NCBI GenBank assembly: GCA_037447605.1
Contig: CM074804.1
Coordinates: 3,139,909-3,203,908 of the forward strand
Direction: 5' to 3'
DNA from: Zygnema circumcarinatum SAG 698-1b
Taxonomy: Eukaryota > Plantae > Zygnematophyceae
Length of the DNA: 64,000 bases
Both the position numbers and the translations under genes were made by a program. The notes below the pieces were generated by a model, which saw only the letters and a program-made list of their open reading frames with translations, was not told the origin of the DNA and did no database searches. Within the stretch, counting starts at the first letter, position 1; every line of letters starts with the position of its first letter. Below are positions 61,424 through 64,000 of the stretch, in pieces.

Positions 61424-63025
61424 CTATCTCCGCAAAACTCTTCCTTCAGGAAGTCGACTGTCAACTTTTCCAACACGGTTTGGAGGCCAAATCACATACG
61501 TTACCCGGCCCTCCAAAAGGGCGAGTGGAACCTGTATACGAGACAGGCATAAGGGGTGCATCTGTAAGAATTTGAAAAAGAGATTCTGAAGCTTGTTTGC
61601 AAGAACAGATAGAAAGGAACTTCAATGCAAGATTTCCTTTTCCCTCTTGGCAGATTCAGCAAGAAAGGTAGCAAGAGCGTGTGTCACAGTAGCCGGGGAA
61701 GATTCAGATTCTTCAAAATAACACTGAGACAATTTTCCAAGCACGCAGAGTTGTAGTTCAACGGAGAGTGCGACTTTTCATGCACAAAACATCTATAACA
61801 CGAGAAAAAGACAAATGGGTTAAATTCTTCACTGCTAGTAAAGGACCTTCAGTCGAACTCCCGTATCTGAACTGAAAAAAACAGAAGCTCAAGGTGTCCA
61901 ATCTCTTTAACAAAGCAAAAAGAGTCGGAGTTCTGCATTTTTGTTGACCAAAGTCAACGAAACTTCACAAATAAGACTCTTGTGAACTCCTGCGTACTCT
62001 TGCTGACATAACCTGGCTGCCACTACTGACTTGTTTTTCACGTCCTTTTTTTTTAAACATGTGAGCTCAAACCATGTAACTTTGTGCACAAAAGGTTAAA
62101 GTTCCCAGGCTTGAACGAGGAGTTTATTGTAGCTCAACATGAGAACTCCTTTGATCAATTTTCATCCATTGTCATTCACCCAAACTTTGCTTCTAGGAGA
62201 GTAGCACATCCCCCATCAAGTTCCTCGAAAAACCTGGAACCTATATGATTTGCATTCATCTCTCCCCACACAAATCCTCACCATAATATTCCTTATGAAC
62301 GTGCTTGTTTATGGATGCATCAGACAAAAAATCAACGTCCCAATGGCGTAGGCAATCGGGTGGGTCGAACGCAGTTTGCAATCATCGAATTCCCAAAGCA
62401 ACATAGTAAGGCAAGCATTGATTGCTCAAATTATTGCCTTCCAGAGTGAAAACTGCAAGTACTGCCAAACGACAAGCCTTTGTAAAGGCACAACATGACA
62501 GAAGCGTGCCACGAAAGTACTCACCGGACCAAAGTTCTTGGAGTCGCAACTGAGATGGACATTGTCGCCTTCTACCCAGCAGTGGCCCCGAGGCACCTGA
62601 GCGATTTCATGGGAGCCGGGAACAGTCACCCAGTCTCCTGGCAGGGCGATCAGCCGCTTCACCAGACAAACATTCGGCTCCTCTGGAGATCTGCAGCCCG
62701 CGACTTCCCATGAAAACGGCTGGTTAAACGTCAGAATCATCCAAGGCCTTAAGGAGATGGAAAGTGATTGTGCGCCAAACAATTAACGCGAAGATTTTTA
62801 CCTTAGAATGACTACATCGCCTCGTTTGAACATATAATATCTAGCGCTCAGCTTGTCTAAGAGCACTCGGTCTGAGAGCAGGAAACCGTCCGGATTCAGG
62901 GTAGGCTGCATGGAACGCCCCTCCACTCCACACATGCTTGCTACGCTGTCTGTGAAGGTCAGGGCTACCGGCGTGAGCAAAAGCGTCTTCTTTGCAACTT
63001 GCCATAGCCAATTCGCAAAAGTCAT
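61424..63025 (-). CDS. IMP2: Mitochondrial inner membrane protease subunit 2 (peptidase S26; 3 exons)
   Basis: VEGRSMQPTLNP (catalytic Ser), RGDVVILR|SPEEPNVCLVKRLIALPGDW (catalytic Lys), GHCWVEGDN..DSKNFGP|VPLALLEGRVTYVIWPPNRVG..RR* (stop 61424-61426). Confidence 0.95.
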
Positions 63026-63319
63026 CCGCTCAGATGCCGCGCTATGCAGGGTCCAGAGCTGCTCTCGGACGGTGGAAAAAGGCGGGAGGCGCAGGCATGA
63101 GGGCGCATGCCCTGCAGAAAAGCCACTCCTTACAGAAAGACAAACCCCTCCAAAAATAGTCGAGGTTCCTGGGACCCTTGATCAAGGTAAGAATCTCACT
63201 CTCTGGAGGGTGACGCTCAGTCAGCCTTGACGAGCGGAGCGACGGAGCTAGAACCTCCCAACTTCACAGCCTCCCTGGCAGCCATGGACGAGCTTAGGGC
63301 TGTTTCTGCTTCACGGGCC

Positions 63320-63358
63320 GTACGGTACTCATCCGTACTGGAGCGTACTCTACCGTAC
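63320..63358. promoter_or_regulatory. Helically phased GTAC array in the IMP2/RPS2 divergent promoter
   Basis: GTAC at 63320, 63325, 63335, 63345 and 63355. Confidence 0.65.
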
Positions 63359-63427
63359 AGAATCAGTTCGCAAACCAGAAACCCGGTTTGCAGCGCTCCT
63401 CGACTTGGGAGCGGAGGAAAAAGTACA

Positions 63428-63453
63428 AAACCCTACAATTCGATCTTGGGCCC
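63428..63453 (+). promoter_or_regulatory. Telo-box (AAACCCTA) plus site II (TGGGCC) upstream of a ribosomal protein gene
   Basis: AAACCCTA at 63428-63435 and TGGGCCCA at 63447-63454, about 160-180 bp upstream of the RPS2 ATG. This pair is typical of plant ribosomal-protein promoters. Confidence 0.65.
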
Positions 63454-63611
63454 AACAAAAAAAAGAAAAAAGCGTGCGCTCCTCTCCACCGTCCGATCGA
63501 CCCATTTTTTAAGCCCTAGATCGACGGTTGAGAGACGGCGGCCTCCAGTACTAGCGCCCAGCAGAAGCTTCAGTTTTTCTCTTTGGCTGCCTCTCCAGTT
63601 AGGGTTCCGCC

Positions 63612-64000
63612 ATGGCTGACAGAGGAGGCGAGCGTGGCGGCTTCGGGAGGGGCTTTGGGCGCGGAGATAGAGGGAGAGGAGACAGGAGGGGCGACCGCGG
63701 GAGAGGGAGGAGGGGCCCTAAGAAGGAGGAGAAGGAGGAGTGGGTTCCTGTTACGAAACTTGGACGTTTGGTGAAGGATGGGAGGATCAAGTCTTTGGAG
63801 CACATCTACCTCTACTCGCTCCCTATCAAGGAACATCAGATAGTGGAGTTTTTCTTGCCTACCTTGAAGGATGAGGTGATGAAGATCATGCCTGTGCAGA
63901 AGCAGACACGTGCAGGGCAGAGGACCCGGTTCAAGGCCTTCGTTGTCGTAGGAGACAGCAACGGCCATATTGGATTGGGCGTGAAGTGCTCGAAGGAAGT
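63612..64000 (+). CDS. RPS2: 40S ribosomal protein S2 (uS5), 5' part, runs off the window
   Basis: [16 protein letters not shown] (RGG-rich)..[85 protein letters not shown]. Confidence 0.99.
   Translation, partial: MADRGGERGGFGRGFGRGDRGRGDRRGDRGRGRRGPKKEEKEEWVPVTKLGRLVKDGRIKSLEHIYLYSLPIKEHQIVEFFLPTLKDEVMKIMPVQKQTRAGQRTRFKAFVVVGDSNGHIGLGVKCSKE

Overview
This is eukaryotic nuclear DNA from a gene-dense, intron-rich streptophyte genome, most likely a charophyte-grade green alga or an early-diverging land plant. The lineage call is inference from gene content: a trihelix GT factor, ERF, HIR, ATI1/2-like, ACD31.2-like and a YTV-type H+-ATPase. I reconstructed 15 spliced protein-coding loci by hand from GT-AG boundaries and motif recognition. 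In order they are ARMC7 (-), a CCD-fragment/choline-monooxygenase-like Rieske locus (+), ATI1/2-like (-), an F-box + cullin-repeat protein (-), a peroxisomal-type alpha-crystallin-domain sHSP (-), ATG3 (+), AP2/ERF (+), ClpS1 (-), a DUF151/bifunctional-nuclease-domain protein (+), trihelix GT (-), HIR/SPFH (-), DNA polymerase kappa (-), plasma-membrane H+-ATPase (-), IMP2 (-) and the start of RPS2/uS5 (+). There are also transposon relics: a hAT-type transposase fragment, a hAT-like MITE, a non-LTR 3' fragment with four related dispersed copies, and a possible Helentron-like element. The most unusual observations are five. (1) The Rieske protein keeps its [2Fe-2S] ligands but has lost all mononuclear-iron ligands. 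(2) It appears to be fused to a carotenoid-cleavage-dioxygenase N-terminal fragment. (3) An F-box protein carries a cullin repeat-1-like domain. (4) Dense, partly 10-bp-phased GTAC arrays mark most gene starts. (5) A 68-bp retro-insertion forms a perfect GT-AG intron. No CRISPR, rRNA or tRNA was found. Family assignments come from remembered consensus motifs, not database searches, and internal exon coordinates are approximate.
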